From assembly GCA_965263355.1 (NCBI GenBank), contig CBDHHL010000056.1:416001-480000 (forward strand): 64,000 bases of DNA, in the 5' to 3' direction. Under the pieces are notes generated by a model that worked only from the letters and a program-made list of their open reading frames with translations, had not been told where the DNA came from and did no database searches. Below are positions 1-10,600 of this stretch, one piece after another. Position numbers and translations under genes: made by a program. Position 1 is the stretch's first letter. Each line of letters opens with the position of its first letter. Source of the stretch: Leptolyngbyaceae cyanobacterium (GTDB lineage Bacteria > Cyanobacteriota > Cyanobacteriia > Phormidesmidales > Phormidesmidaceae).

Positions 1-465
1 ACAACGACCCTGAAAGCCTAGCTGGGTTTTGGCAGGTGCGATATAGCGATATGCGATCGCACTGAGACGACTTTGAAGTTCCACCCTGCCTTGGCGAGAG
101 CCTAGACGGTAATATTCCAAATATTTCTGAATCCGGTTTTCCGCCAAAGAATGCTGCCAAGCATTAACTTCGCCAGAGGCTTGAATTCGGTCACTCTTGC
201 GACAAATTCGAGCCACTTCAATCGCTAACCGATTGGCCACAGCATGGACAGTGCGGGTACTGCCTTTAACCTGCGCTTGAATCATCTGCACCAGAAAACT
301 TACCAGGGCCTGATCAACAGGACAGAGTTCATTTTCATGGTTTGTATTAGCAACATCGTCCTTAGTTGACCGGATAGAACCAGCAGTGGGATGAAGAACG
401 ACGTTATTAGAATTAGATGGCTTAGTTAGATTTAATACGGTTGTAGCGGTAGATTGAGCTTTCAT
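1..465 (-). CDS. HetZ-related protein, 5' part (runs off the window start)
   Basis: Not in the ORF track. Manual translation from ATG at 465: MKAQSTATT...RLAIEVARICRKSDRIQASG...YYRLGSRQGRVELQSRLSAIAYRYIAP...LGFQGRC, open to base 1. Motifs resemble the cyanobacterial HetZ/HetZ-related family. Confidence 0.75.
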   Translation of the reverse strand, partial: MKAQSTATTVLNLTKPSNSNNVVLHPTAGSIRSTKDDVANTNHENELCPVDQALVSFLVQMIQAQVKGSTRTVHAVANRLAIEVARICRKSDRIQASGEVNAWQHSLAENRIQKYLEYYRLGSRQGRVELQSRLSAIAYRYIAPAKTQLGFQGRC

Positions 466-1000
466 AATTCCCTTAGTGATGCACGCCCCTACAATTCGAG
501 GAGCTGTTCAATTGGCAGTTGGAGCTGTAGGCCTGTCCATTAGTGGACAGTTTCACTGTAGAGGGACTCAATCTGGAATCTAAATAACAGTGTGTCACTA
601 TCCAAAGCAATTGGGCATAGAGTCCGTTTAAAGACTGGATGCTGCTCGAAAAAATGGGGCATCAATAACTCTAAAATACTTACTGTGAATGATTTGGCAG
701 ATTGCTCGAACAGGACGACACCGACTTAGAAACGGTATCCTTGACTGTGACAATTGAGTAGATAGTCTATCCTGTAAGTCCATTTTCACCCTTGTGACAG
801 TTGTGCAAGATTAACGGGTGCTCCCATCCATCTAGATACATCAACTGTTATTGATGAACTGTCAACTAACCTAATAGTTCCCTGACGTATTGCACTATTT
901 AATAGCTACGCCAATGCCCACGCCTGTCCGGTGTTTTTACCAGGGCCTGGATGAAGTGTATGTAGGGAAATTTCGCCCTTAGAGGAGATTCTGTAAAGCT

Positions 1001-2317
1001 ATGGAAAAGCTCGCTTATTTCGATTGTCCAACCGGCATTGCAGGCAACATGTGTCTCGGTGCAATTTTGTCAGCAGGGATGCCCTTAGACACTCTCCTAA
1101 CTCAGTTACAAAGCTTAGGCCTAGAGCATGAGTATGAATTTACAACGACGCAGGTAAAACGTCAGGAACAAGCGGCGACCGCAGTTACGATCAATTTGAG
1201 CAGCGATGCAGTCCAAAGCCATCGCCACTTACCAGAAATCGAAGCCATTATTCGCCAGGCACAGCTGCCTGATCGGGTCACAGCATGGAGTCTGGCAATT
1301 TTTCAGACATTAGCAGCGGCAGAAGCAGCTGTTCATGGCATTCCAGCAAACCAGGTGCATTTTCATGAAGTAGGCGCTACTGATGCTCTGGTGGATATTG
1401 TGGGGACCTGTTTAGGGTTGGACTGGCTAGGTGTAGACCGAGTGATCTGCTCCCCTCTGCCAGTGGGTGGTGGCACGGTTAGGGCTACCCATGGTCGTCT
1501 ACCAGTGCCAGCTCCCGCCGTGTTAGAGCTGCTCAGACGAGCCCAGGCACCAATCTACAGTAATGGGATTGAAAAGGAATTGGTCACGCCAACGGGGGCC
1601 GCGATCGCAACCACCTTAGGCAACCAATTCGGTCCTCCACCCGCCATGATCCTCCAAAAGGTTGGGTTAGGTGCAGGCAGCCACGATTTGCCCATACCCA
1701 ATATTTTACGGCTATGGATCGGCCAATCATCTTTAGGGGAAATGTCTGAGCCTCCTATCCATCACTCCACTGTCCATCCCCATAGTCATCCCCACACCCA
1801 TACCCACGCTCCTCCTCCCTCCTCCGGCTATCGCGAATCTGTAGTAGAACTCCAAACGCAGCTTGACGACTTAACTCCCCAAGCCATTGGTTATCTCTAT
1901 GACAGGCTATTTCAGGCTGGAGCCCTTGATGTGTTTACCCAAGCCATTAGCATGAAAAAAAATCGTCCGGGTATTTTACTGACAGTTATTTGTACCGCAT
2001 CAAATACTGAGGTCTGCCAATCTGTACTGTTTGCAGAAACCACGACCTTAGGCATCCGGATCACGACGCAGCAGCGCCAAACCCTGTATCGCACTTGGCA
2101 ATCGGTTACCACAACCTACGGACCAGTACAAATTAAAGCTGGGTTAGCCACTCCCAATGGTCCTGTACTTAACCTTCAACCTGAATATGAAAACTGTGCC
2201 CAGCTAGCTCGTGCCCATGGTATTGGCTGGAAAAAAATCCAGTGGGCCGCAATTGCTGCGGCTGAGCCCCTATACCAACAAGTGAATGGTTGGAGGTCTC
2301 AACCATCCTCGCCGTAG
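1001..2317 (+). CDS. larC: Nickel-pincer cofactor biosynthesis protein LarC
   Basis: YFDCPTGIAGNM start, VHFHEVGATDALVDIVG, ELVTPTGAAI, His-rich linker, MKKNRPG, ETTTLGIR, PEYENC; AGGAG upstream. Confidence 0.92.
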   Translation: MEKLAYFDCPTGIAGNMCLGAILSAGMPLDTLLTQLQSLGLEHEYEFTTTQVKRQEQAATAVTINLSSDAVQSHRHLPEIEAIIRQAQLPDRVTAWSLAIFQTLAAAEAAVHGIPANQVHFHEVGATDALVDIVGTCLGLDWLGVDRVICSPLPVGGGTVRATHGRLPVPAPAVLELLRRAQAPIYSNGIEKELVTPTGAAIATTLGNQFGPPPAMILQKVGLGAGSHDLPIPNILRLWIGQSSLGEMSEPPIHHSTVHPHSHPHTHTHAPPPSSGYRESVVELQTQLDDLTPQAIGYLYDRLFQAGALDVFTQAISMKKNRPGILLTVICTASNTEVCQSVLFAETTTLGIRITTQQRQTLYRTWQSVTTTYGPVQIKAGLATPNGPVLNLQPEYENCAQLARAHGIGWKKIQWAAIAAAEPLYQQVNGWRSQPSSP

Positions 2318-2377
2318 CTTAAGACTCCTATCGTGGCTAAAGAATAACTAATCTACAGGGTTCAACTTAGACGTGGT

Positions 2378-3730
2378 TTAATAAGCACCACTTATATCTT
2401 CGGATGATATGTGGTGCACAGGTGCCCAGTGGAGTTCTTTCATCATTTGGGAAAAAATGCGATATTCCTCCAGGGAAGCAGTTTCTGGATTGCTCGCCTT
2501 AGCCTCGTCTTGTTGAACCTGAACCAGGTTATATTGCACATCACTGCCACAAATAGCCAGGGTTACACCGTAAATCTCCAAAAAGTTAATAATCCACTGA
2601 CATTCTTCCCGAGGAAACTGCTCATAGTAGCGAATGAGGTCAGCAATCCGAGCATCTAAATACGGATGAGAATTGGGGGAAATCAAAAGTAGCTTAAGTA
2701 AAACAATGGCCAACGTCAGTGGTCGGCCATTGGTTAACAACAAGCTAAACAGAGATGACGGCGTTGTTGCATCCTCCGTCATCAAATAGTCAATGACTCG
2801 ATTGCTTGTCAGCAGCGCTAACGAAGCATCTACCGGCTGCTGATTAAACTTGACATACAAACCCTTCAATTTCGATAGCAATCTATTTTCGAGGGTCAGC
2901 ACAAAATCAGTTCTAATGGCCGAAAAAAGCAGGTACTCAACCAGGCTATTTTTATAGCTACCATAGGTCAATCCTCGGGTCTGCTCATGAAAAATACGAG
3001 CCAGGTTACGGTGGCTAAACATACCCCGCTTAGCTACCAGGGTTCTAATCACTCGTAAAGCAGCATCCCCTAACATTGTCGGGTTGTCCCGACGCTCCCT
3101 TTGAATAGGGGTCTGTTGAAAATGGGCCGTATACATGGCCAGATCAAACTTAAACTTATCCCTCAGACGCTGAGAAAGAGCCCTTGCGGCCTCCCGCTGC
3201 TCTAGAGGATTACTAGTATCAATGTATTGAGGTGCTAGTAAATATGCCGTATAGCGTCTGGACCAGTGGGGGTCCTCACTATTAAAACGGTTTTCAACAA
3301 AAAGCTTGAGGTCTTGAAAATCCTCGCTGTCAACAAAATATTGCAGCCATTGTCGCAATCGCTTAATCGTTGGCGATATCGACACCTTACGAATAACTGG
3401 ATCGGCAAACAGCTGAATCAATCCCCTAATAGCATTATACTCACGGGCAACTTCCCAGTTATTGATCAGAATGTAGCAGGAGCGCTTTAGGGTGTTTTGA
3501 AACTCCACCTTATCGTTTGCAAATAAGATGGCATAAAGAGCAGGAACGGTATTTGAACCTATGGTTTCATGATGCTGCAAAAAAAGCGCCTTAAATTCTT
3601 CCAGCACATCTTCCGCAGGCCATGCTTTAACGATGTTTAGCAGGAATTCATATATCGTTTGCTGTGCCTGCTGAACGTCTTGGTACCGACGCCTAGGATT
3701 AAACGAATCAGAAACTCTATCAACAACCAT
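2378..3730 (-). CDS. Hypothetical alpha-helical protein (450 aa)
   Basis: Long ORF with plausible composition; no family recognised. Confidence 0.75.
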   Translation of the reverse strand: MVVDRVSDSFNPRRRYQDVQQAQQTIYEFLLNIVKAWPAEDVLEEFKALFLQHHETIGSNTVPALYAILFANDKVEFQNTLKRSCYILINNWEVAREYNAIRGLIQLFADPVIRKVSISPTIKRLRQWLQYFVDSEDFQDLKLFVENRFNSEDPHWSRRYTAYLLAPQYIDTSNPLEQREAARALSQRLRDKFKFDLAMYTAHFQQTPIQRERRDNPTMLGDAALRVIRTLVAKRGMFSHRNLARIFHEQTRGLTYGSYKNSLVEYLLFSAIRTDFVLTLENRLLSKLKGLYVKFNQQPVDASLALLTSNRVIDYLMTEDATTPSSLFSLLLTNGRPLTLAIVLLKLLLISPNSHPYLDARIADLIRYYEQFPREECQWIINFLEIYGVTLAICGSDVQYNLVQVQQDEAKASNPETASLEEYRIFSQMMKELHWAPVHHISSEDISGAY

Positions 3731-3886
3731 GCAAGTTACTGGTATATATGGCCAATCGTGCTATGAGCATTCACGGCTAACTAGATAGATAGATGGGGTG
3801 CAAAGCAGAAAAAATGTGTCCGGGTATTCACTTTGTAACAAGAAAACACCCATCTTGGAAAGTATATTTATTCTGAATCCACTTCC

Positions 3887-3962
3887 GTAACACTACTGAC
3901 AAATCAATATCTAGCTTTTTCCTGCTCTGTAACACCACTGACAACCCAATAACTAGCTTTTT
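3887..3962. repeat. Imperfect 34-bp direct repeat, 42-bp period
   Basis: gtaacactactgacaaatcaatatctagcttttt (3887-3920) vs gtaacaccactgacaacccaataactagcttttt (3929-3962), 4 mismatches. Confidence 0.7.
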
Positions 3963-4118
3963 CTGAGAAGGCTGAAACCTATATGCAGCCTACTGTATAA
4001 GAGTCAAGCACCATTACGAGCCTTATCAGCTCTACAATGCCTTATATTAAATTGTACAGACTTGCAGACAAATTGCATAGTCTTCACAATTTTTCATCGC
4101 CAAAAGAAGGCTTAAAAA

Positions 4119-4454
4119 TGGGGGCGGAGGGACTTGAACCCTCACGACCGTTTAAGGTCAACGGATTTTCACCCTCCCACAGCTTTCGCTGTTGCCACGC
4201 TGAGCGGGCTTTGAGGATTGGACCCTCCCTTTACCCTCGACTTGACGTTAGGGTAGCTCCCGTCGGGCCTCTGCACCTTCCCTGCAAGAGGACATTTGCC
4301 TCTTACGGGGCTTGGCTCAGGATTGCCTTATCTTCATCAGAACTTACCAATGAAGACTTAGGTTTCCCTGAGTTTGAGAGCTTCCACTTAGCAGATTTCT
4401 CCACTAAGGCTCAGTTTTCTAAGTCCGCAGCGTCTACCATTCCGCCACGCCCCC
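4119..4454 (-). tRNA. trnL: tRNA-Leu(UAA) split by a group I intron; exon 1 4421-4454, exon 2 4119-4169
   Basis: Minus strand GGGGGCGTGGCGGAATGGTAGACGCTGCGGACTT ^ AAAATCCGTTGACCTTAAACGGTCGTGAGGGTTCAAGTCCCTCCGCCCCCA. Spliced 85-nt tRNA, anticodon UAA, long variable arm, CCA not encoded. Confidence 0.96.
4170..4420 (-). ncRNA. Group I self-splicing intron of tRNA-Leu(UAA), 251 nt, no ORF
   Basis: Inserted after the U of the anticodon and ends in the terminal G. Carries the conserved trnL-intron core (GAGCC, CTCAAACTCAGGGAAACCTAA, GCAATCCTGAGCCAAG, GGTGCAGAG, CTACCCTAACG, GGTCCAATCCTC). Confidence 0.93.
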
Positions 4455-4611
4455 TTTAGTTGAGTTAACTAGAGTGAATATATTAAACAGCTTTGCTGGT
4501 TATTTGACCACTCTCTAAAAAACTCCTGTTTAATTCCAACACCAACTGGTACTCTGTGCAACCCCCTGAACGCTATGATGACTTACGGTATGTGCAAAAC
4601 ACATAGGGGCT

Positions 4612-4842
4612 ATGGACAACCTCGATATTTCACTTTTAATTACCTTGGCAGTATATGCCGGGCTGGCGGGTCTTTACTTGTTAGTGATACCTGGGATATT
4701 GCTTTTTTATCTAAAACAGCGCTGGAATGTGGCATCATCCATTGAACGCTTATTGATTTATTCGCTGGTATTTGTATTTTTCCCAGGCATGTTGCTACTG
4801 TCACCGTTTCTCAATTTTCGTCCCCAGCGGCGTGAGATTTAA
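4612..4842 (+). CDS. ndhL: NAD(P)H-quinone oxidoreductase subunit L
   Basis: Two TM helices, [28 protein letters not shown]; typical ndhL-DUF3007-trpA order. Confidence 0.93.
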   Translation: MDNLDISLLITLAVYAGLAGLYLLVIPGILLFYLKQRWNVASSIERLLIYSLVFVFFPGMLLLSPFLNFRPQRREI

Positions 4843-4844
4843 CT

Positions 4845-5147
4845 ATGAGACGGATTGATGTAATTGGTATTGGCCTGGGTGTGTTTGTGGCTGGTGGTGG
4901 ATTGTATTTGCTCTTTTCGCTGGCAGGTTTTGATGGCATTTCGGCAGGTATATGGAGCCAAGTTATTTTTACCGGCGGTCTGTTGGGATGGGTTATCACC
5001 TACCTGACGCGGGTATTTTCCAAAAAAATGACTTACAATCAGCAGCTTAAAGATTATGAAGACGCGGTTCTCCAAAGGCGTTTAGATGAAATGTCCGATG
5101 AAGAATTAGGGCAACTACAGGCAGAACTGGAGGCGGAGAAGCCGTAA
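4845..5147 (+). CDS. DUF3007 family membrane protein
   Basis: MRRIDVIGIG...AGIWSQ...MTYNQQLKDYEDAVLQRRL; lies between ndhL and trpA. Confidence 0.88.
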   Translation: MRRIDVIGIGLGVFVAGGGLYLLFSLAGFDGISAGIWSQVIFTGGLLGWVITYLTRVFSKKMTYNQQLKDYEDAVLQRRLDEMSDEELGQLQAELEAEKP

Positions 5148-5153
5148 CACACT

Positions 5154-5954
5154 ATGGGGAAATCGGTTTCAGCTCAATTTCAGACATTACGCGACCAAAA
5201 AGGCTGTGCGCTTATTCCGTTTATTACGGCTGGAGATCCTGATTTAGCCACTACTGCAGAGGCGCTGCGAGCGTTAGATCGAGCGGGGGCAAATTTAATT
5301 GAGCTAGGTGTGCCCTATTCTGACCCATTAGCCGATGGTCCAGTGATTCAAGCCGCCGCCACCCGTGCCTTAGAACGTGGGGTTACGCTGGATGCTGTGT
5401 TAACCCTGATTGCGGAGGTATCGCCAGAGCTGTCGGCACCTATTGTGCTATTCACTTATTACAATCCCATTCTCAATCGAGGGATTGAACAATTTTTGCA
5501 AGATATTCATCGGGCGGGGGTGCGTGGTCTTGTCGTGCCAGATTTACCCCTGGAAGAAATGGATGTACTGCTAACACCTGCCAAAGAGATTGGCGTTGAG
5601 GTCACCCTGTTAGTCGCACCTACCACGCCCAAAGAACGAATTGTTGCGATCGCACAGCAATGTCAAGGCTTTATTTACCTGGTCAGTGTTACTGGGGTTA
5701 CAGGCATGCGCCAACAAATTGGCAATCGCGTACAGAGTTTATTGCAAGAGCTTCGGTCTGTTACCGATAAACCCATTGGTGTAGGGTTTGGCGTATCTTC
5801 CCCTGAACAAGCTACTCAGCTAAAAACGTGGGGAGCTGATGGCGTTATTGTCGGCAGCGCCTTTGTAAAGCGACTGGCTGCCAGTGGGTCTACCGATAGT
5901 GGCCTTACAGAGGTTGAACGCTTTTGTCAACAACTCAAACTAGCCTTGAACTGA
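5154..5954 (+). CDS. trpA: Tryptophan synthase alpha chain
   Basis: [57 protein letters not shown]. Confidence 0.97.
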   Translation: MGKSVSAQFQTLRDQKGCALIPFITAGDPDLATTAEALRALDRAGANLIELGVPYSDPLADGPVIQAAATRALERGVTLDAVLTLIAEVSPELSAPIVLFTYYNPILNRGIEQFLQDIHRAGVRGLVVPDLPLEEMDVLLTPAKEIGVEVTLLVAPTTPKERIVAIAQQCQGFIYLVSVTGVTGMRQQIGNRVQSLLQELRSVTDKPIGVGFGVSSPEQATQLKTWGADGVIVGSAFVKRLAASGSTDSGLTEVERFCQQLKLALN

Positions 5955-6666
5955 CCACTTACAACACAATGCATAAACAGTATCTTTTCGCAACGGTTGA
6001 ATTGCTTGCTACATTTACAAAACTCACCAATTAGAACGTCGGCGCATCAAACTTTTCTGCTTGGTTGGTTTTACCTACTCATAAAACTCTTGACAGATTT
6101 TCAGCAAGTCATCGGAATTATCCCTGATTTGTTGTTACAGTTTGCTGATAAATATTTCACGATGTAACCTTCAATAATTCTTCACGTTGGTTCAATCGAT
6201 CTTCAATCAAGGGGTAAGCCTCTCTTAAGTCAGGACATGAGAGCGGCAATTTCTATGATTTTCATTGATAAAACGGTGAAAATTTAGAAACCTTTGCTGA
6301 TTTTTTATCAAACTTTCCTGATTTATTGGGCCTCAGTGTAAGCCCCTAAATTTTGACTGCTGCTGTGGGGTGTTGCACTCACCCGAACCAGAGTGTAATA
6401 ATCCTTGACCAGAGACAGGAATAACCGTATAAATACGGCAAACTTCCTTGATTTATTGAATTGTTTACATAAATAGTAAGTGGTTTTTCCTAGATCTCTA
6501 ATCAAAGTTGATTAGAGTTTTTACTGATAAGTTTTCAGTTCAGTCATGTTGGGTTTATGACGATACGCCAGTTAGTCATAACCATTGGCGGAACACTGCT
6601 TCGAGTTGCTTGTGGATCGAGGGCGATGTTTGCGATTTGCCTTGTTGTTGGTGCCTGTGAGGGGTC

Positions 6667-7641
6667 ATGAGAGTTTTGAAAAGCCGTCCTAGAGGTGCTA
6701 TTTGGCACTTGTTTAAAGCTGTAAGTTTTTTCTTGGTGGGTGTTCTATTGAGCACTCTATTGGTTTATGCCCATACCCCTGTGATGCCTGTGGATGCTCA
6801 GGTTCAGGTGAACAATACGGTGTCTGGGGCGTTTGATGACCCAACAGATCCTGATCGTCCTAGGTTGGTGGCTCCCGGCAACACAACGACGATTGGTGTC
6901 CCTCCTATCGGTGAGCAGCTGTTAAGGATAACAAAAACAGCAGATAAATCGGCAGCTGAACCAGGTGATGTGGTGATCTATCGCCTTTTGGTTGAAAACC
7001 TCAGTGAAGTGGCAGCCGGCCCTCTAACTGTTATGGATAATCTGCCACGTGGTTTGGAATATATCGAAGATTCAGTCAATACAGCCCCAATACCGCCTAA
7101 TTTGACAGATTTTTCTATATCAGGACGACAGCTGACGTTTCAGCTTGATTCCTTGGCCGCTGGTGCAATGGTCCAAATTCTTTACGCTGTGACCTTGACA
7201 CCGGATGCAATTAGGGGTTCAGGTATCAACGTTGCGAGTGCATCATCTCCTGGTTTTCCAACAGTTCAAGCTGAATTTCGTTTAACCATCCGCCCCGGCA
7301 TTTTGTCCGACTGTGGCACCATCATTGGTCGAGTCTTTGTGGACAAAAACTTTGATGGAGAACAACAGTCTGGTGAACCCGGCGTACCTAACGCGGTTAT
7401 TTACATGGATGACGGTAACCGCATCATTGCAGACCCAGATGGTCTTTTCTCTATGGCCAATGTGGTGTCGGGTAACCGGGTTGGTGTACTTGATCTGAGT
7501 AGTTTGCCGGGTTACACCTTGGCCCCCAATCTCTACCGCATAGAAAACAACAGTCAGTCTAGGCTGGTTCGCTTAGAACCAGGCGGTTTAGCTCGTATGA
7601 ACTTTGCAGTAACACCGACCTACGGGGAGGGCCAGAACTAA
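6667..7641 (+). CDS. Exported DUF11 (Ig-like) domain protein with C-terminal SdrD-B-like domain
   Basis: N-terminal hydrophobic segment, ITKTADKSAAEPGDVVIYRLLVEN...DNLPRGL (DUF11), IIGRVFVDKNFDGEQQSGEPGV. Confidence 0.8.
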   Translation: MRVLKSRPRGAIWHLFKAVSFFLVGVLLSTLLVYAHTPVMPVDAQVQVNNTVSGAFDDPTDPDRPRLVAPGNTTTIGVPPIGEQLLRITKTADKSAAEPGDVVIYRLLVENLSEVAAGPLTVMDNLPRGLEYIEDSVNTAPIPPNLTDFSISGRQLTFQLDSLAAGAMVQILYAVTLTPDAIRGSGINVASASSPGFPTVQAEFRLTIRPGILSDCGTIIGRVFVDKNFDGEQQSGEPGVPNAVIYMDDGNRIIADPDGLFSMANVVSGNRVGVLDLSSLPGYTLAPNLYRIENNSQSRLVRLEPGGLARMNFAVTPTYGEGQN

Positions 7642-10600
7642 TGATGATGCGTTTGTTATCTAACTTACTTTGTTTAGGACTGTTCACCACACTGACGGGT
7701 GTGGTGGCGTTACTGCAGCCGTCTCAGGCAGCTCAAGGGCAAGCGACTCAAGGGCAAGCTGCTTTATCACCCATTGACATTGATGCAGATATGGCGGTTG
7801 GTGCTGAGACACCACATCTGTTAGCTCAGGCCAGTGATGACCTACCTGACGATTTGCTCGATGCAAATACGTTGCCAGTGGCAGAGGACCCTGGAGAAGC
7901 CGAAGGCTTTATTGATGAAACCATTATTCGGTCGGTTCCCAGCCATCTGCCACCGCTGATTCAAGAGGAATTGGGCGATAATTTATCCCTGGAGATTTTT
8001 CCGGCAGCTGAGTCGTTTCTCCCGGCTGATGGTCGGTCCACGCTCACCCTTAAGGGAAATATTCTGGATGAGAATGGCAATCCTGTGCGTGAAGATGTGG
8101 TGGTTACCCTCACGGTCTCGGCGGGTAGCTTTATCGGTGCTGACTACGATATTGACCGCAGCGGGTTTCAGGTATTAGCTCGCCAAGGAGAATTTGAGGT
8201 TGAGCTACGGTCATCTCTTGATGCTCAAACGGTAACTATCCGTGCTAGCGCGTCAGCCCGTGAGGCTTTAGGCCTGGTAGACGATAAAGACACATCGCGA
8301 AAGCCAGCGGCTGAGCTTGACGGTTACACTCAAGTTAATTTCACGACGCCCTATCGTCCATCTTTAGTGGCCGGTGTCGTTGACTTTCGCTTTGGACCTG
8401 GGGCAACGAATCTTTGGGGTCGCTATGCCGACTTCCTGGAGCCAGGTGAGCTGGGAGAGTATGATGCTGATCTGAATGCGGGAATTTTTGCGACAGGCAC
8501 CATTGGTGACTGGTTGTTAACGGCAGCGTTTAATAGTGAGCGGGCTTTAAACGAACGCTGTAATGACAACCGTCTCTATCGAGATGTTCAGAGCTGTGAG
8601 CAAACCTATCCTACCTATGGCGACAGTTCCACCACCGACTTTTTAACCCCCTCGATTGATAGTTTCTATGTTCGTTTTGAGCAAGACTCTCAGATCGTCG
8701 GATATGAGCCCAACTTCTTTATGTGGGGGGATTACGATACGGATGAATTTGCCCGATTCTCCCAGGAGTTTTCGGCCCTAAGTCGTCAACTTCACGGCTT
8801 TAAGGGGAACTATACCTTCGGCAATGGGTTACAGTTAACGGCCCTGTATGCCAACAATGTCAGAGCACTGCAACGGGACACGATTGTGCCCGATGGCACG
8901 AGTGGTTATTACTTCCTGTCCCGTCGTCTGGTGTTGGCTGGTAGTGAAGATCTCTTTTTCGAGATTGAGGAACTCAACCGCCCCGGCACAGTGATTGAGC
9001 GAGTGCGTTTACAGCGAGGGATCGATTACACCATTGACTATGATCGCGGGGCAATTCTGTTTAATAGTCCTGTTTCTGCTGTTGATGCTAATCCCTTTGG
9101 TCCGGCACTAGTCCGACGAATTGTAGCGACCTATCAAATAGACGGGGACGATGATGATGGAGATTTGTTTGGTGGGCGACTGCAATACAATTTTGATACC
9201 AGCCTCGAATCCCCTAGCTGGATAGGTGCTTCCGCTATTGTTGAAAATCAGGGTGCTCAAGATTTTAGCTTAATTGGTGTGGATGCCCTGGTACAGCTGG
9301 GTGATTCTGGGCGGCTGGTGGCTGAGTTAGCCCGTTCTTCTTTGGATAACCCCACTGTTGATGAAGACGGCACTGCCATTCGGGTCGAGGCTACGGGCAA
9401 AATCACGCCAGATTTAGCAGGAACAGCCTATTTTAGAGATGCCGATAGTGGTTTTCGCAATGAGGCAACAACGAGTTTTAGGGCAGGCCAAACCCGTTGG
9501 GGTGGGCAATTGGGCTACAACCTGAGTCGCGATACTCAGCTCCAGCTCCAGTTTGACCGTGAAGAAAACAGAGGTAATGAAGATCTGATTCCCACGGCCA
9601 CAGAACAACTCCTGAATCCAGGCTTGGTCAGATCTGATGGGGCCACCGTAAACAATTCCATCACCACGATTCGGGCTGGGGTACAACAGCAGTTTGGTGA
9701 CCTCACGGGTAACTTGGATTGGGTTTATCGCGATCGCAATGACCGAGTTACCGGTACCGATGTCGAATCTAGTCAAATATCCGCTGGTCTCACCTGGCCC
9801 CTAGCCGAGAGATTAACCTTCCGGGCTCAATCAGATATTGCTCTGAGTAACGAAGATGACGCCTATCCAGGCCAAACGGTGGTAGGTCTTGACTGGGAAG
9901 TTTTGCCGGAAATTACCCTGAGATTTGCCCAGCGGTTCTTCCATGACGATGATGCCACTCCCGATGCTTTAACCACCGTCGATGCCCTCGTCAACTATGA
10001 CCTCACTGACAATACCGAATTGACTGGCCGTTACTCCATTTTGGGAGCCAACAACGGCATGAGTGGACAGGGGGCTCTGGGTTTGAACCATAGAATCAAT
10101 CTGGGGCCTGGGCTCCATGCAGATTTTGGTTTCCAGCGGATCTTTGGCGACAGTCTCTCCTCCATTACTGGCGGCAACCAGGTGATACAGCCCTACGCTG
10201 TAGGGCAGTCATCGGCGTCCTTAGGTCTGGTAAGCGGTACCACCTATACCTTGGGTCTGGAATACACTGACAACTCTGATTTTCAGGCCAGTGCCCGGTT
10301 TGAGCACCGCGACTCTGAGGATGGTGACAACACAGTTGTCACCGCATCCGCTGCGGGCAAACTCTCACCCGCACTGACAACGTTGGCTCGGTTTGAACAT
10401 GCTAACTTTTCTAATCAAACAATTACCGATCGGCTAAATAGTTCTACTAGCGCTCGTTTAGGCCTGGCTTACCGCAATCCAAAGAGTGACAAGTTCAATG
10501 CGCTGTTGAGCTATGAATATGCCATCAACCCCTCCAGTACGCCTAATTCTCTGCTGGTGGGTGCAGGCTCAGATTCGATTCAAGAGCATACCCTGGCCAT

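Noticed and set aside
1760..1810. His-rich tract in LarC, and absence of larA/larB/larE nearby
   Set aside because: His-rich linkers are normal for LarC, and dispersed lar genes are usual in cyanobacteria.
4037..4459. 140-aa + strand ORF
   Set aside because: It is the antisense of the tRNA-Leu and its intron and has no homing-endonuclease motifs.
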